This document shows positions 18,944 through 29,399 of a DNA stretch of 64,000 bases, in pieces. The notes under the pieces are model-generated. The model searched no databases and was not told where the DNA came from. It worked only from the letters and a program-made list of their open reading frames with translations. The stretch's first letter is position 1, and every line of letters begins with the position of its first letter. This DNA comes from an uncultured Acidobacteriaceae bacterium. Lineage in GTDB: Bacteria; Acidobacteriota; Terriglobia; Bryobacterales; Bryobacteraceae. Location: NCBI GenBank assembly GCA_963722935.1, contig CAVROY010000004.1, positions 1,147,495-1,211,494 of the forward strand, given 5' to 3'. A program made the position numbers and the translations under genes.

Positions 18944-21668
18944 TTACTGGGGCTTATCGTCCTCGATCACTACCGTGCGTGTCTGGCCCATTGTTTCGGT
19001 GGCGGCGCGTGCCGTTTCGAGCGGTGAGTTGCCGGCATAAACGAGAACCATGTGGGTCGAATCGAGCGGATTCTTCGCCGAATAGATCAGTCCGTTGCGC
19101 TCGGAAGCGTACGTCTCGCCTTCCGCTTTGAACACAGCGCCTTCGTACTCGAGGCCAATCTTCCCGCGCCACATGGCGAGCGCGGAATTTGCTTCGGGCC
19201 GTCCGACGAAGATCACGTCTTTGTGCATGAGCAGCGCATCGTCGACCTCGAAATCTTTGAAGACGGGAACATCGCGTTGATTGCGGTCGCGATACCCGGC
19301 TTGCAGTTGCTCGGCTACGTAGCGATTGGTTCCGGCTTCGCGCGCGGTCCCATAGACGATCACGGCGGAAGCGAGCCTACGCCTGATGTCGCGCGGAAGA
19401 TACGCGGGCCCGTCGCCCGGATCGGGAACTTCGTACTTAACTCCGGCGGCTTCGAGGAAGGATTGCGCCGCGACGGTCTTGGTGGTGTGGGCGGCGAAGT
19501 AGCCGTTCATCAGTTTCAAAAAAGCGTCGTCGCCGAGCTTGCGGCGCAGAGAATCGAGGAAGAGCGTACCGGCGCATTCTTGAAGCTCGAAACGAGTTTG
19601 CGGCGTTTCAGGCGAAAGTTTCAGGCCGCGGTAGCGAATTTTTTCAGCATCAATCGCCTTTTCGACGTCAGGCGATTGCAGCAGATCGTAGTAGGCGGCA
19701 GATCCGGCGACAAACCACGTGTCGGCATCGGAGACGGGAAGAATCCAGCCCTTCCAGAGCTTTTCTGGGTGCTCACGCCAGGAAACCGGCTTGGGTTTCC
19801 CGGCTCTCTGCGCGGTGTTTTCCGTGTCTAAACGCGCTTGTTCGTTCGCGGCGATGGAGGCGCTGAGCGCTTCGGAAGGCTCGGCATTTAAAAGATAGTA
19901 ACCGCCGGGAAAAAGACCGTAATTCGACTCGCGCGGCGGTGCGACGCTCTCGTTCGGGCGGCCGAATGCGGCCCAGACCATCATGTGATTCGCCATATCG
20001 GCAGTCGCGATCTTCGAAATCCATGGTGCTGGACGAGATGAGCGGGGCGCTATCGAAGGCTTTGAAGCCGAACTGCTCGTCAATCTGGCCCTTGTACCTC
20101 TTGTACAGGTCCATCCAGGCGAGATCACGCGTGCCGGGCACGTAGGGAATGTATCCGGGCTCGCCCTGCGGATCGGGCCTGTATTCGAGATTGATGCTGA
20201 GGTCTTTCGCGTTGTTGTCGCCCCAGTAGAAACCCGGAGTATCGCCGAACCATTCATTTTTCGAGCTGCGCCACAGTTTCGTATGGTTCGTGCCGAGCTC
20301 GTACATGGCAATTTCGTTGTTCTTCGCGTCGCCGATGATCCACTCGTTCGTGTAAAGGCCGTTGTTGCGCGTGCCGAGTTGGTTGACGACTTCATCGATA
20401 TCGCCACCATACTGGATCGCCATGCGAGCGCGGAAAGCAACCGGGGTGCCTTGCACATTGAAAGGCGTCTGGTCAATGGTGGTTTCCGTGAGAATGATGC
20501 CGGCGTCGTTCTGATACCAATCCGTACCGCTTTCAATTCCGCCCGGGTAGCTTTGGATGAGCATGCGATGGCCCTTTTCGGGCTTGATGTCGAGCATGAC
20601 GTTCGTCTGCTCAGCGAGAGTTTGCGACCACCAGGTGACGTGACCGATCACCATCTTGCCGTCGCGCGTGGCAGCACCGGTGGCAGCGAAGGCGCTGCAG
20701 TGATCCATGGGCGCATCGTGTTTGGAGGCATAAGGCGGGAGATTGAAATGACTGCCTTCCATGCCGGTGGGAGTCCTGGGCATGGCGGATGCGAGCTCGC
20801 CCATTTCGACAGTGGTGTTGGCGAGCACGATATCGATGAGGTCGAGCTTGCGGCCCAGAAATTTCGCGCCGCCGGCATTGGCGCCATCGGCGATACCACG
20901 CATTTCTTCCAGAATCTCGCGATCGAATCCGCGCAGGAAGAGCGCATCGGCGGTGGTGCGATAGGTATTCCAGGTCTTCTCGTCGGCCTTGCCCGCGAGA
21001 CTGATTGCGCAGCGCGTGAGGTATTCGGGGATTTCTTTCGCCATTAGATAGCCGTGCTGATAGCCGCGCTCATAGGGCTTACCTTCGATGTGCAGATAAA
21101 TCCATCCGGCGGCGGGATACCGGTAAGCGGGGCCGAAGGTCCGCACAGCATCGCGAGCAGGCCAGCTTTCGGCAGGAGAGGCTTCGTCGATATTGACACG
21201 ATCGAACCAGGCTTTGCCCTGGAGTGCGCCACCATTTCCGGCAGTGAGAAGGATGTGATCTTCAGCGCGAGTGGCGACAAACCGAAGCGAAAGATGCGTC
21301 CAATCGCGAGTGCCGGCGAGCGACACGGAATGCACATCGAACGGCATGGATTCCATCGTGAGCGCGGCGCCTGAGGCGATGGGAGAGCGGTCGAGATCCT
21401 TTACCGTGAGATTTTCGGTGCGTACCCAGCCGCTGAGCTCGTAGGTTTTACCAATGATGAGGTTAACGGTGTTCGAGCGAGCGCTGGCGTCAGGACTCGA
21501 GCCGGTAGCTTCGAGGCGCAATGAGCGATTGTCATCCCGGTGGACGGAAGAATCGAAAACAGCCGAACCGTGCACTGCTGTCCAGGCGTTGTCGGATTGG
21601 TCCTGAAAAAGAGGACTAGCGGCGGGAAGGCTTAGGGCGGCGCAGAGGAAGAGGACGAGACGAATCAC
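18944..21668 (-). pseudogene. large secreted C45-family (acyl-CoA:6-APA acyltransferase-like) hydrolase with one frame break
   Basis: A signal peptide (MIRLVLFLCAALSLPAAS) and an N-terminal beta-sandwich precede the C45 core (DHCSAFAATGAATRDGKMVIGHVTWW). The span is 2725 nt, which is 3n+1. ORF-track pieces 19773..21668 and 18944..20536 overlap. The coding look switches at about 20013-20020 (minus strand gaTTTcgaag). Deleting one T gives ...SSSTMDSKIATADMANHMMVWAAFGRP.... This may be a sequencing error. Confidence 0.7.
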
Positions 21669-21740
21669 AGTAGCGCTCCTTATGTGTTATCAGCATAAAG
21701 CAAACGGGCAACCTCTTGCTTGGTTCACAACCGTAACCAT

Positions 21741-21750
21741 CTTGTACAAG
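21741..21750. promoter_or_regulatory. perfect 10-bp palindrome CTTGTACAAG upstream of the PadR gene (candidate operator)
   Basis: The palindrome was read directly from the sequence. It lies about 100 nt upstream of the PadR start, in an AT-richer intergenic stretch. Its function is not established. Confidence 0.25.
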
Positions 21751-21847
21751 TCGATAATCATTTGAGCGAAGCATATGTATGTTCAATTGCTCCGCACGGG
21801 CGTCGGGTTGCTTCAGAAGATCATCGAGTGGAGTATATTTGAACTAC

Positions 21848-22198
21848 ATGCCAAGGCGCGAGTCCCCCCTTCAAAGCGAGATGCTTCAAGGAACCCTCGA
21901 TATGCTGGTCCTTCAGACGCTCATTCTTGGACCCGCTCACGGTCACACGATTGCGCACGCGATTGAGCACGGGTCAGAGGATGTCCTCCAAATTGAGCAT
22001 GGGTCCCTATACCCGGCTTTGCATCGGCTCGAGGATCGTGGCTGGATCGCATCCTTCTGGGGAACGTCGGAAAACAATCGCAAGGCGCGGTACTACCGCC
22101 TGACACCAACTGGGCGAAAACAGTTGGTTGCGCAGACGACGCGCTGGGAACAGGTGGTCCGAGCGATAGGCCGGATTTTGAAACCGGCCTTGGAGTAA
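21848..22198 (+). CDS. PadR-family transcriptional regulator
   Basis: LQGTLDMLVLQTLILGPAHGHTIAHAIE...IEHGSLYPALHRLEDRGWI is the PadR winged-helix signature. The ATG is at 21848. Confidence 0.85.
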   Translation: MPRRESPLQSEMLQGTLDMLVLQTLILGPAHGHTIAHAIEHGSEDVLQIEHGSLYPALHRLEDRGWIASFWGTSENNRKARYYRLTPTGRKQLVAQTTRWEQVVRAIGRILKPALE

Positions 22199-22203
22199 AG
22201 GCG

Positions 22204-24891
22204 ATGGGTTTAGGGCGTTTCTTCCGGCGGACGAAATGGGATCGAGAACGGCTCGAGGAGATTGAGTCGTACGTTCAGATCGAGACGGATGAAAACGTTG
22301 CACGCGGAATGCAGTACCGCGAGGCTCGCACCGCCGCTCGCCGGAAATTCGGGAACAGCACGCTGATCCGAGAGGAAATTTATAGCATGAACACGATCAC
22401 TTTCCTGGATGCGCTGGCGCGCGACGTGCGCTACGGGCTACGCATGCTGCGCCGCAGTCCGATGTTCACGGCGGTCGCGTTACTGACGCTGGCGATCGGA
22501 ATCGGCGCCAACACGGCCGTCTTCAGCGTGGTGAACAACGTGCTACTGAAGCCCTTGCGTTACCCGAACGCGCAAGAACTGGTGGCGCTGCGGCAAATCG
22601 CTCCTGGCGCCGCCGGACTGGCGAATTTCTCTGAGGGCCTTCCTCTCTCGCCCTCTATGTATTTCACCTACGCCGAGCATAACCGTACCTTTCAATCGGT
22701 GGGCGTCTGGGTCAACGACAGGGTGAATGTCACTGGCTTAGCTGAGCCGGAACAAGTCCGCGTCGTCGCCGTTACTGATGGTGTACTTCAGGCACTCGAC
22801 GTTTCGCCCGTGGCCGGTCGCTGGCTCTCAGCGGCCGACCAGGTTGCGCACGGTCCGGAATCCGTGATGCTCAGCTACGGATATTGGCAGCGGCGCTTTG
22901 GAGGAGATCGGTCGGCCATCGGCCGCAATATTCGAGTCGATTCCCGGCCCCGGCAAATCGTCGGCGTGATGCCTCGGGACTTCCGAGTGGTGAATTCGGA
23001 TTTCGATCTGATTGTGCCGCTCGCCTTCGATCGCAGCAAGCTCGTCCTGGCCGGGTTCGGCTTTCAGGGCGTCGCACGGCTCAAACCGGGAGTTACGATC
23101 GCGCAAGCGAATTTCGATGTTGCGCGAATGATGCCGATCTGGATGGACTCCTGGTCAAACGGCCCCGGCACCAATCCCCGCTTTTATGAAACGTGGAGAA
23201 TTACGCCCGTGATTTGTTCTCTTAAACAAGAAGCGATCGGCAATGTCGGCAGCGTGCTGTGGGTGGTGATGGGCACCATTGGGATGGTGATGCTGATCGC
23301 CTGCGCCAACGTCGCGAATCTGTTGCTAGTGCGAGCGGAGGCCCGGCAGCAAGAGCTTGCGATTCGATCTGCGCTCGGGGCCGGACGGGGGCGAATTGTA
23401 CGCGAACTGCTGCTTGAAAGCGTGTTGCTATCTCTGATCGGCGGCGCGCTCGGAGTGGCAGTGGCTTATGAAGGTCTGCGCCTTCTGGTGGCAATCGGCC
23501 CGGCAAACCTGCCGCGTTTGAGCGAAATCTCTCTAGATGCGCGAGCGCTCGGGTTCACTCTGATTCTTTCATTGCTGTCTGGCCTGCTATTCGGATTAAT
23601 TCCGGCTCTGAAATATGCTGGGCCACGGATTTCCGTAGCTCTTCGGAGCGGTGGCCGGACCGCGAGCATGAGCCGGGAGCGTCATCACTCTCGCAATTTC
23701 CTGGTTGTGGCTCAGGTCGCGATGGCGCTGGTACTTCTCGTCAGTGCCGGGCTGATGATTCGCACCTTCCAGACGCTGCGAACGGTCGAGCCGGGATTCA
23801 CGCAGGCGGAGCACCTCCAGACCATGCGCATCTCTATCCCCCCTTCTCTCGTGGCCGAACCACAGCGAGTGGCGCGAACACAGAACGACATTGCCGAGAA
23901 ACTGGCCGCCATTCCGGGCGTGACCTCGGTTGGATTCGCGAGCGCGATGCCGATGGAAGGGATCGAGCCCAACTGGGACATGATTTTTGTAGAGGGCAAG
24001 CCTTCCTCTCGCGAGGTCCCGCCTCTGCGCGTATTTAAATATGTCTCGCCCGGGTTTTTTCATACCGCAGGCACGAGAATCATGGCGGGCCGCGAGCTGA
24101 CATGGACCGAGGTCTACGGCCTCCGGCCGGTGGCGATCGTTTCCGAGAATTTGGCGCGTGAATTGTGGGGCACACCGTCTGCTGCTATCGGCAAACGATT
24201 CCGCGAGTTTCCAAGCATGCCATGGCATGAGGTGATCGGCGTCGTGCAGAACGTTCGCGAAAATGGTGTTCAAGAAAACGCGCCTGCCATCGTGTACTGG
24301 CCGTCGATGATGGCCAATCTCTACGGGCCCGAGCCACTGGACGCCGTCCGCACGGTGACATTTGCGGTCCGAAGCGATCGGGCCGGGACCGAAAGCTTCC
24401 TCAGCGAGATCCAGCAAGCCGTTTGGTCCGCGAACTCGAGCCTGCCGCTGGCGTCCGTACGGACAATGCAGCAAATTTACGATCAATCGATGGCGCGAAC
24501 TTCCTTTACGCTGGTGATGTTGGGAATCGCCGGTGCGATGGCGCTGGTGCTCGGAATCATCGGCATCTACGGTGTGATCTCCTATGCGGTATCGCAGCGC
24601 AGACGCGAAATGGGAATTCGATTGGCGCTCGGCGCGCAGCAAAGTGAGCTAAGGCGGATGTTCGTGCGCTCCGGATTGGCGCTTGCGGCGATCGGTGTGG
24701 CAATCGGCCTGATGACAGCGATCGCGCTGATGCGACTCATGAAATCGTTGCTGTTCGGGATTAGTCCCTTAGACCCGATTACATATATTGCGGTGCCGCT
24801 TGTTTTAGTGATGGCCGCTGTGCTGGCCAGCTATCTGCCGGCTCGACGTGCAGCGGCGGTCGATCCGGTGGAAGCTCTGAAGGCGGAGTAA
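22204..24891 (+). CDS. duplicated MacB/FtsX-type permease (ADOP family)
   Basis: The gene is 5 nt downstream of PadR. It has two MacB-like periplasmic domains, each followed by an FtsX-like four-helix module. The C-terminus is YLPARRAAAVDPVEALKAE. This PadR-plus-permease pairing is characteristic of Acidobacteriota. Confidence 0.8.
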   Translation: MGLGRFFRRTKWDRERLEEIESYVQIETDENVARGMQYREARTAARRKFGNSTLIREEIYSMNTITFLDALARDVRYGLRMLRRSPMFTAVALLTLAIGIGANTAVFSVVNNVLLKPLRYPNAQELVALRQIAPGAAGLANFSEGLPLSPSMYFTYAEHNRTFQSVGVWVNDRVNVTGLAEPEQVRVVAVTDGVLQALDVSPVAGRWLSAADQVAHGPESVMLSYGYWQRRFGGDRSAIGRNIRVDSRPRQIVGVMPRDFRVVNSDFDLIVPLAFDRSKLVLAGFGFQGVARLKPGVTIAQANFDVARMMPIWMDSWSNGPGTNPRFYETWRITPVICSLKQEAIGNVGSVLWVVMGTIGMVMLIACANVANLLLVRAEARQQELAIRSALGAGRGRIVRELLLESVLLSLIGGALGVAVAYEGLRLLVAIGPANLPRLSEISLDARALGFTLILSLLSGLLFGLIPALKYAGPRISVALRSGGRTASMSRERHHSRNFLVVAQVAMALVLLVSAGLMIRTFQTLRTVEPGFTQAEHLQTMRISIPPSLVAEPQRVARTQNDIAEKLAAIPGVTSVGFASAMPMEGIEPNWDMIFVEGKPSSREVPPLRVFKYVSPGFFHTAGTRIMAGRELTWTEVYGLRPVAIVSENLARELWGTPSAAIGKRFREFPSMPWHEVIGVVQNVRENGVQENAPAIVYWPSMMANLYGPEPLDAVRTVTFAVRSDRAGTESFLSEIQQAVWSANSSLPLASVRTMQQIYDQSMARTSFTLVMLGIAGAMALVLGIIGIYGVISYAVSQRRREMGIRLALGAQQSELRRMFVRSGLALAAIGVAIGLMTAIALMRLMKSLLFGISPLDPITYIAVPLVLVMAAVLASYLPARRAAAVDPVEALKAE

Positions 24892-24896
24892 CTCCC

Positions 24897-26249
24897 TCAG
24901 GCGAAGAGATTCGTATTTAAGAAATCGTTTCGGAACTTGCCGTTCGGATCGTACTTGGCGACTAATTTCAAAAAATCGTCCAGCTTTTCATAGCGCGATC
25001 TGAGTTCGGCTGGGGCCATCGTGAACAACTTGCCCCAGTGCGGCCGCGGCTGAAAGGGAGACAACTCTCTTTCGACGATCGGAAGAACGCGCCTCACCGC
25101 AGGCCAGTCCGGCTTCCACGTAAAGTGAATGGCGACGCTCGGCCGGCGGTAACACGTGCTCATCCAGAGGTCGTCGGCTGCGATGGTGCGGATCTCCGAA
25201 ATCAACAAGTGCGGGCTCACCTGTTCCTGCAGCCGCTCCACAGCCAGAATCGCCTCGACGGCGTGGCGCCGCGGCAGCAGATATTCCGTCTGAAGTTCTT
25301 TACCGGCGCTTGGAGTAAAGCCCATGCGGAAGTGCGGCAGGCGGTCATACCATGGGCCGGGCACTCCCATCTGCTCTGTGCAGTTCTCCGCGGAGAGTCC
25401 GGCGATCGGGTGCAGATTGTGGTGCGCCAATTTCGAGCCGAACAATTCCTGTGGCGCCGAGAACGGCCGCCCTTCTCCCTCGCGGCTCTTGATCCATAGT
25501 TCGCTGATCTTCTTCCCCCGCCAATCGGTAAATAGACTGACGCTGTAGCCGCTCGCCTGGATCTCATCGAAATGGTCCTGCATCTGGCGGAGCGGCAAAT
25601 CCTGATAGACGTACTGGCGCACCCGGTAGGTCGGTTGAACTTTGAGCGTCACGCGAGTGATGACGCCCAGCGCGCCTAGCCCGACGACAGCGCCCGGAAA
25701 CTCCGCTCCATTCGACTCGCGGCTGAGTTTCACCAGGTCGCCCGCCGCCGTCACCAGTTCGAGGCCGGCGACCACGCTCGCGAGATTCCCGTTCTTCTCG
25801 CCCGATCCATGGGTCGCCGTGCTGCAGGCACCGGCAACCGAGATATGCGGCAAGGAAGCCAGATTGTGCAGTGCAAATCCTTTCGAGTCTAGATATGGGC
25901 CGAGTTGTCCATATTTCACACCGGCGCCAACCGTGACGGTGCCGCGCGAGGCGTCCAGCGTCATCTCCTGCATCGGCTTCAGCGAAAGCAGGTTGTAGCG
26001 GCTATCCGCGATTGAGTTGAAACAGTGCCGCGTACCAAGCACTTTCAATTTGTCCTCAGAGCGCAGGTGCGATCGAATTTCCTCGACAGTCGACGCTTCA
26101 TGTAGGCGGTCCGTACTGTAGGCGATGTTGCCCGCCCAGTTGGTGAGCGGTTCGCTGGCCAGCATGGTGGAAATTCGCCCAAGAAAAGGACTTGCGATCG
26201 CGGAGGAGAGCACCCGGAGAAAGCTTCGTTTGTTCACTGTCGCCCACAA
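24897..26249 (-). CDS. FAD-binding oxidase, D-arabinono-1,4-lactone oxidase / alditol oxidase-like
   Basis: TNWAGNIAYS, KVLGTRHCFN and ISVAGACSTATHGSG indicate FAD_binding_4. The ALO-type C-terminus is PHWGKLF...KYDPNGKFRNDFL. The N-terminus (NKRSFLRVLSSAIASPFLG) looks like an export signal. Confidence 0.8.
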   Translation of the reverse strand: MWATVNKRSFLRVLSSAIASPFLGRISTMLASEPLTNWAGNIAYSTDRLHEASTVEEIRSHLRSEDKLKVLGTRHCFNSIADSRYNLLSLKPMQEMTLDASRGTVTVGAGVKYGQLGPYLDSKGFALHNLASLPHISVAGACSTATHGSGEKNGNLASVVAGLELVTAAGDLVKLSRESNGAEFPGAVVGLGALGVITRVTLKVQPTYRVRQYVYQDLPLRQMQDHFDEIQASGYSVSLFTDWRGKKISELWIKSREGEGRPFSAPQELFGSKLAHHNLHPIAGLSAENCTEQMGVPGPWYDRLPHFRMGFTPSAGKELQTEYLLPRRHAVEAILAVERLQEQVSPHLLISEIRTIAADDLWMSTCYRRPSVAIHFTWKPDWPAVRRVLPIVERELSPFQPRPHWGKLFTMAPAELRSRYEKLDDFLKLVAKYDPNGKFRNDFLNTNLFA

Positions 26250-26298
26250 ATCCTATCAGACTGGGCAGCGGTCCGATCCGCTAATACGCCAGTTCCCC

Positions 26299-26327
26299 TT
26301 GACTTCAGCCATAAAGTGACATAAAGT
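26299..26327 (+). promoter_or_regulatory. candidate sigma70-type promoter for the xylanase gene
   Basis: TTGACT (26299-26304), a 17-nt spacer and TAAAGT (26322-26327) sit in an AT-rich tract about 60 nt upstream of the ORF start. The match is to the consensus only. Confidence 0.3.
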
Positions 26328-26385
26328 TTGATACGCAAACTAAAGGCGTACTCAAACATGTCTCCGTTGACCCGTAGAAAACACA

Positions 26386-28785
26386 GTGAAGCTGGCTGGA
26401 CGACGCACAATGCGGACGTGCGTCTTGGGAGTGAATATCCTGGCGCTGAGCCTCATGGCCGTAAGCGCGGCAGGGGCGCAGACTCTCGTGCAAGATGGTT
26501 TTGAGGATGGCACCACGCAGGGTTGGGGTCCGTTCGGCGGCGTGACAGTGGCAAACTCAACCGACGTCGCTCATTCCGGAGCCCATAGCCTGAAAACGAC
26601 CAACCGCACGGCTACCTGGAATGGCCCGAGCGTGGATCTGACCAGCAAGCTGGTGGCGGGCGCAACCTACCAGATTTCGGCGTATGTGCGGCTGGTTTCG
26701 GGAGGATCGCCGGCCACCCTGAACATGACAATGAAGCGAACCCCGACGGGCGGAAGCACAGCATACGATTCAATTGCCTCTACCGCTACGGATGCCGTGA
26801 CGGATACGGGCTGGGTTCAAATCGAGGGCCAGTATTCGTTCAGCGGCAGTGTTTCCGATTTACTGCTCTACATCCAGAGCGACAGCACGACGGATTCGTA
26901 TTACGTTGACGATTTCATAGTCACGGAGATTGCCGGACCGCCGGGCGGCCCGCAGGACAACTCGGGAATCACGACGAACTTCGAGGATGGCAAGACCGAC
27001 GGCTGGTTCCCGCGGATCGGCGACGAAACTTTGACCGTCACAACTGCCGATGAGCACAGTGGCAGTTACAGTCTGTTAACAACCGGACGGCAGCATGCCT
27101 ATGACGGTCCGGCCATCAGCGTGAATAACAAGATGTACAACGGATCGCAATACCAGGTCACGGTGTGGGCGAAATTGGCGCCAGGGGAGCCGTCGAGCAC
27201 GCTGCGGGTCAGCTTGCAGGTGACGCTCGGTGGAACTACCAACTACTACACAGTGGCTCCGAATACAACAGTGACCGCAAACGCATGGGTGGAACTCACG
27301 GCGACCTACAACATGGCTTCCAACTATGATTCGGCCTCGCTGTACGTCGAGTCGGCAAGCGGCACGGTCTCGTTTTACATCGACGATTTTCAACTCACGT
27401 ACATCCCGCCGGTTCAGATTCAGGCCGATATCGCGTCCGTCTACGAGACGCTGCAATCGTATTTTCCGGTGGGCGCGGCGATAGACAGTTCGGATCTTTC
27501 GGGAGTGCATGCACAACTATTGACGAAGCATTTTAACGACATTACGTCTGGCAACGATATGAAATGGGACGCGACGGAGCCGTCGGAGGGGAACTTTACT
27601 TTTACAACAGCCGATGCGGAAGTAAAGTTCGCGCAGACGAATCATATGCTGATTCGCGGACACAATCTGGTGTGGCATCAACAGATCCCCTCATGGGTGT
27701 TTCTGGATGCGAACGGCAATCCGATGACGGCGACGCCCGGAAACAAGGCGTTGCTGCTGCAGCGGATGCAGAACCATATCAATGCGGTCGTGGGTCATTT
27801 CGGAAGCGCTGTCTACGTCTGGGATGTCGTCAATGAGCCGATCGATGAGACCCAGCCGGACGGACTTCGCCACAACATCTGGTATCAGATCATTGGCCCG
27901 GAGTACATCGATGATGCGTTCCGGTTTGCGCGGGAGGCCGCTCCGTACGGCGTGAAGCTGTTCGTGAACGACTACAATACACAAGATCCGGCGCGCCGAA
28001 CCGCTCTCTACAATCTGGTCACCGGGATGCAGAGCCGCGGAGTGCCGATTGACGGCATCGGGCATGAGATGCACAGCAATATTCAATACCCGTCGGCCCA
28101 GTCGATCATCGACGCAGTCAATTTGTTCTCCAGTATCGGCCTCGATAACGAAATAACCGAGCTGGACATGAGCATCTACACCGACAGCACGTCCAAATAC
28201 ACGACCGTTCCGGATTCAATTCTGGCCGAACAAGGCTACCGGTATCGAGACTATTTCCAGGCGTTCCGCGAACTGAAGGGTAAGATCAGCTCCCTGACGT
28301 TGTGGGGACTGGCGGATGACAATACCTGGCTCGACACCACGCCGATCACGCGGCTCGATATGCCATTGCTGTTCGACACAAAACTGCAGGCGAAGCCCGC
28401 ATATTGGGGAGTTGTCGATCCTTCGCAATTGCCTGGATCAGGGCTCACGGGTTCCATCGCGAGCAAATCGGGCACGCCGAATGCGCGCACGTGGACGATT
28501 ACGATGAGCAATCCGGGTCCGGGAATTGCCTACGCCACGCAGATTACAGGTTTCACGCTTACGCAGACGGCGCCGGCACATCCGGTCTGCACGCCGGTGA
28601 TCAAAAGCCCGGCCCCATTTCCGATTGTGCTCGGCGATATCGCGGCGGGAGGATCGGCGAACGCATCGTTTGTGATCGACTTCACCGGCTGCTCAGGCAT
28701 CGCCCGCTTTAGCTTAAACGTGCCCTACAATTCCACGGGCGGTGCGAACACCGGCAGCATCGTCCGGAACAACGAGTTTCGCTAG
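26386..28785 (+). CDS. endo-1,4-beta-xylanase, GH10, with two N-terminal CBM4_9/CBM22-like modules
   Basis: Signal peptide MRTCVLGVNILALSLMAVSAAGAQ (an alternative ATG is at 26410). Two repeats run FEDG..GW...G......HSG..SL...R...W.GP......YYVDDF. GH10 core motifs are RGHNLVWHQQIPSWV, WDVVNEP (acid/base Glu) and ITELDMS (nucleophile Glu). An extra, unassigned C-terminal domain of about 120 aa follows. Confidence 0.85.
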   Translation: MKLAGRRTMRTCVLGVNILALSLMAVSAAGAQTLVQDGFEDGTTQGWGPFGGVTVANSTDVAHSGAHSLKTTNRTATWNGPSVDLTSKLVAGATYQISAYVRLVSGGSPATLNMTMKRTPTGGSTAYDSIASTATDAVTDTGWVQIEGQYSFSGSVSDLLLYIQSDSTTDSYYVDDFIVTEIAGPPGGPQDNSGITTNFEDGKTDGWFPRIGDETLTVTTADEHSGSYSLLTTGRQHAYDGPAISVNNKMYNGSQYQVTVWAKLAPGEPSSTLRVSLQVTLGGTTNYYTVAPNTTVTANAWVELTATYNMASNYDSASLYVESASGTVSFYIDDFQLTYIPPVQIQADIASVYETLQSYFPVGAAIDSSDLSGVHAQLLTKHFNDITSGNDMKWDATEPSEGNFTFTTADAEVKFAQTNHMLIRGHNLVWHQQIPSWVFLDANGNPMTATPGNKALLLQRMQNHINAVVGHFGSAVYVWDVVNEPIDETQPDGLRHNIWYQIIGPEYIDDAFRFAREAAPYGVKLFVNDYNTQDPARRTALYNLVTGMQSRGVPIDGIGHEMHSNIQYPSAQSIIDAVNLFSSIGLDNEITELDMSIYTDSTSKYTTVPDSILAEQGYRYRDYFQAFRELKGKISSLTLWGLADDNTWLDTTPITRLDMPLLFDTKLQAKPAYWGVVDPSQLPGSGLTGSIASKSGTPNARTWTITMSNPGPGIAYATQITGFTLTQTAPAHPVCTPVIKSPAPFPIVLGDIAAGGSANASFVIDFTGCSGIARFSLNVPYNSTGGANTGSIVRNNEFR

Positions 28786-28822
28786 CGCAATATCGCGCCG
28801 GGCAAGCGATAGGAGATCAAGA

Positions 28823-29374
28823 ATGAAACGAGCGATTTTCGCATTCGCATTGAGCGGATTGTTTGGCATCTGCGCGCAGGCCACTGTGTCGCTTCAACTC
28901 GCCCCCTCCGGCGGAGTTGTTTCCGGGATGCCGGGATCAATGGTGGGCTGGGGCTTTAGCCTGACGAACAACGCCGACTATCTGGTTGTAACCGGCTCGT
29001 CATTCGTTCCGGCGAGCCTCTACGGTACGTATCAGGACTACATTAGTACAGATAACTTCATTGTTGTGGGTCCCTCGCCCGAAAACACGACGGTCAGTCA
29101 ATTATTCGATCCGGTGGCGCTTACTGGCGTCGGAGCGTTTACCATCGACAGCACAGCGCCCGATAACATTTCGATAGGCGGGAACCTGGTGATCGATTAC
29201 AGCTTATTTTCGCAAGACCCGAATAACCCAGCTTTCGACCCCGGGTCGTTGATTACGGCAGATGGGGTCATCTCGGCGCCGGCGAAGGTGAACATTACGC
29301 CCGAGCCGGCACCTGTTCTTTTGACGATCATAGGCGCGCTGGCGCTGCTAGCTTCAGGGCGTAATCGTCATTAA
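28823..29374 (+). CDS. PEP-CTERM sorting-domain protein
   Basis: It has a signal peptide (MKRAIFAFALSGLFGICAQA). The C-terminus ...VNITPEPAPVLLTIIGALALLASGRNRH* has the PEP motif, a hydrophobic helix and a basic tail. Confidence 0.75.
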   Translation: MKRAIFAFALSGLFGICAQATVSLQLAPSGGVVSGMPGSMVGWGFSLTNNADYLVVTGSSFVPASLYGTYQDYISTDNFIVVGPSPENTTVSQLFDPVALTGVGAFTIDSTAPDNISIGGNLVIDYSLFSQDPNNPAFDPGSLITADGVISAPAKVNITPEPAPVLLTIIGALALLASGRNRH

Positions 29375-29399
29375 CGGCTACGCGAGGCGCCGGCGGTCC

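Noticed and set aside
23596-24642. Long antisense ORFs opposite real genes. Examples are 23596..24642 (348 aa), 35820..36821 (333 aa), 33216..34019 (267 aa), 40460..41377 (305 aa), 19052..19831 and 20283..21047.
   Set aside because: Their compositions are Arg/Pro/Gly/Ala-rich and low in complexity, and no motifs are recognisable. Each lies fully opposite a gene with strong family signatures. These are typical shadow ORFs of GC-rich DNA.
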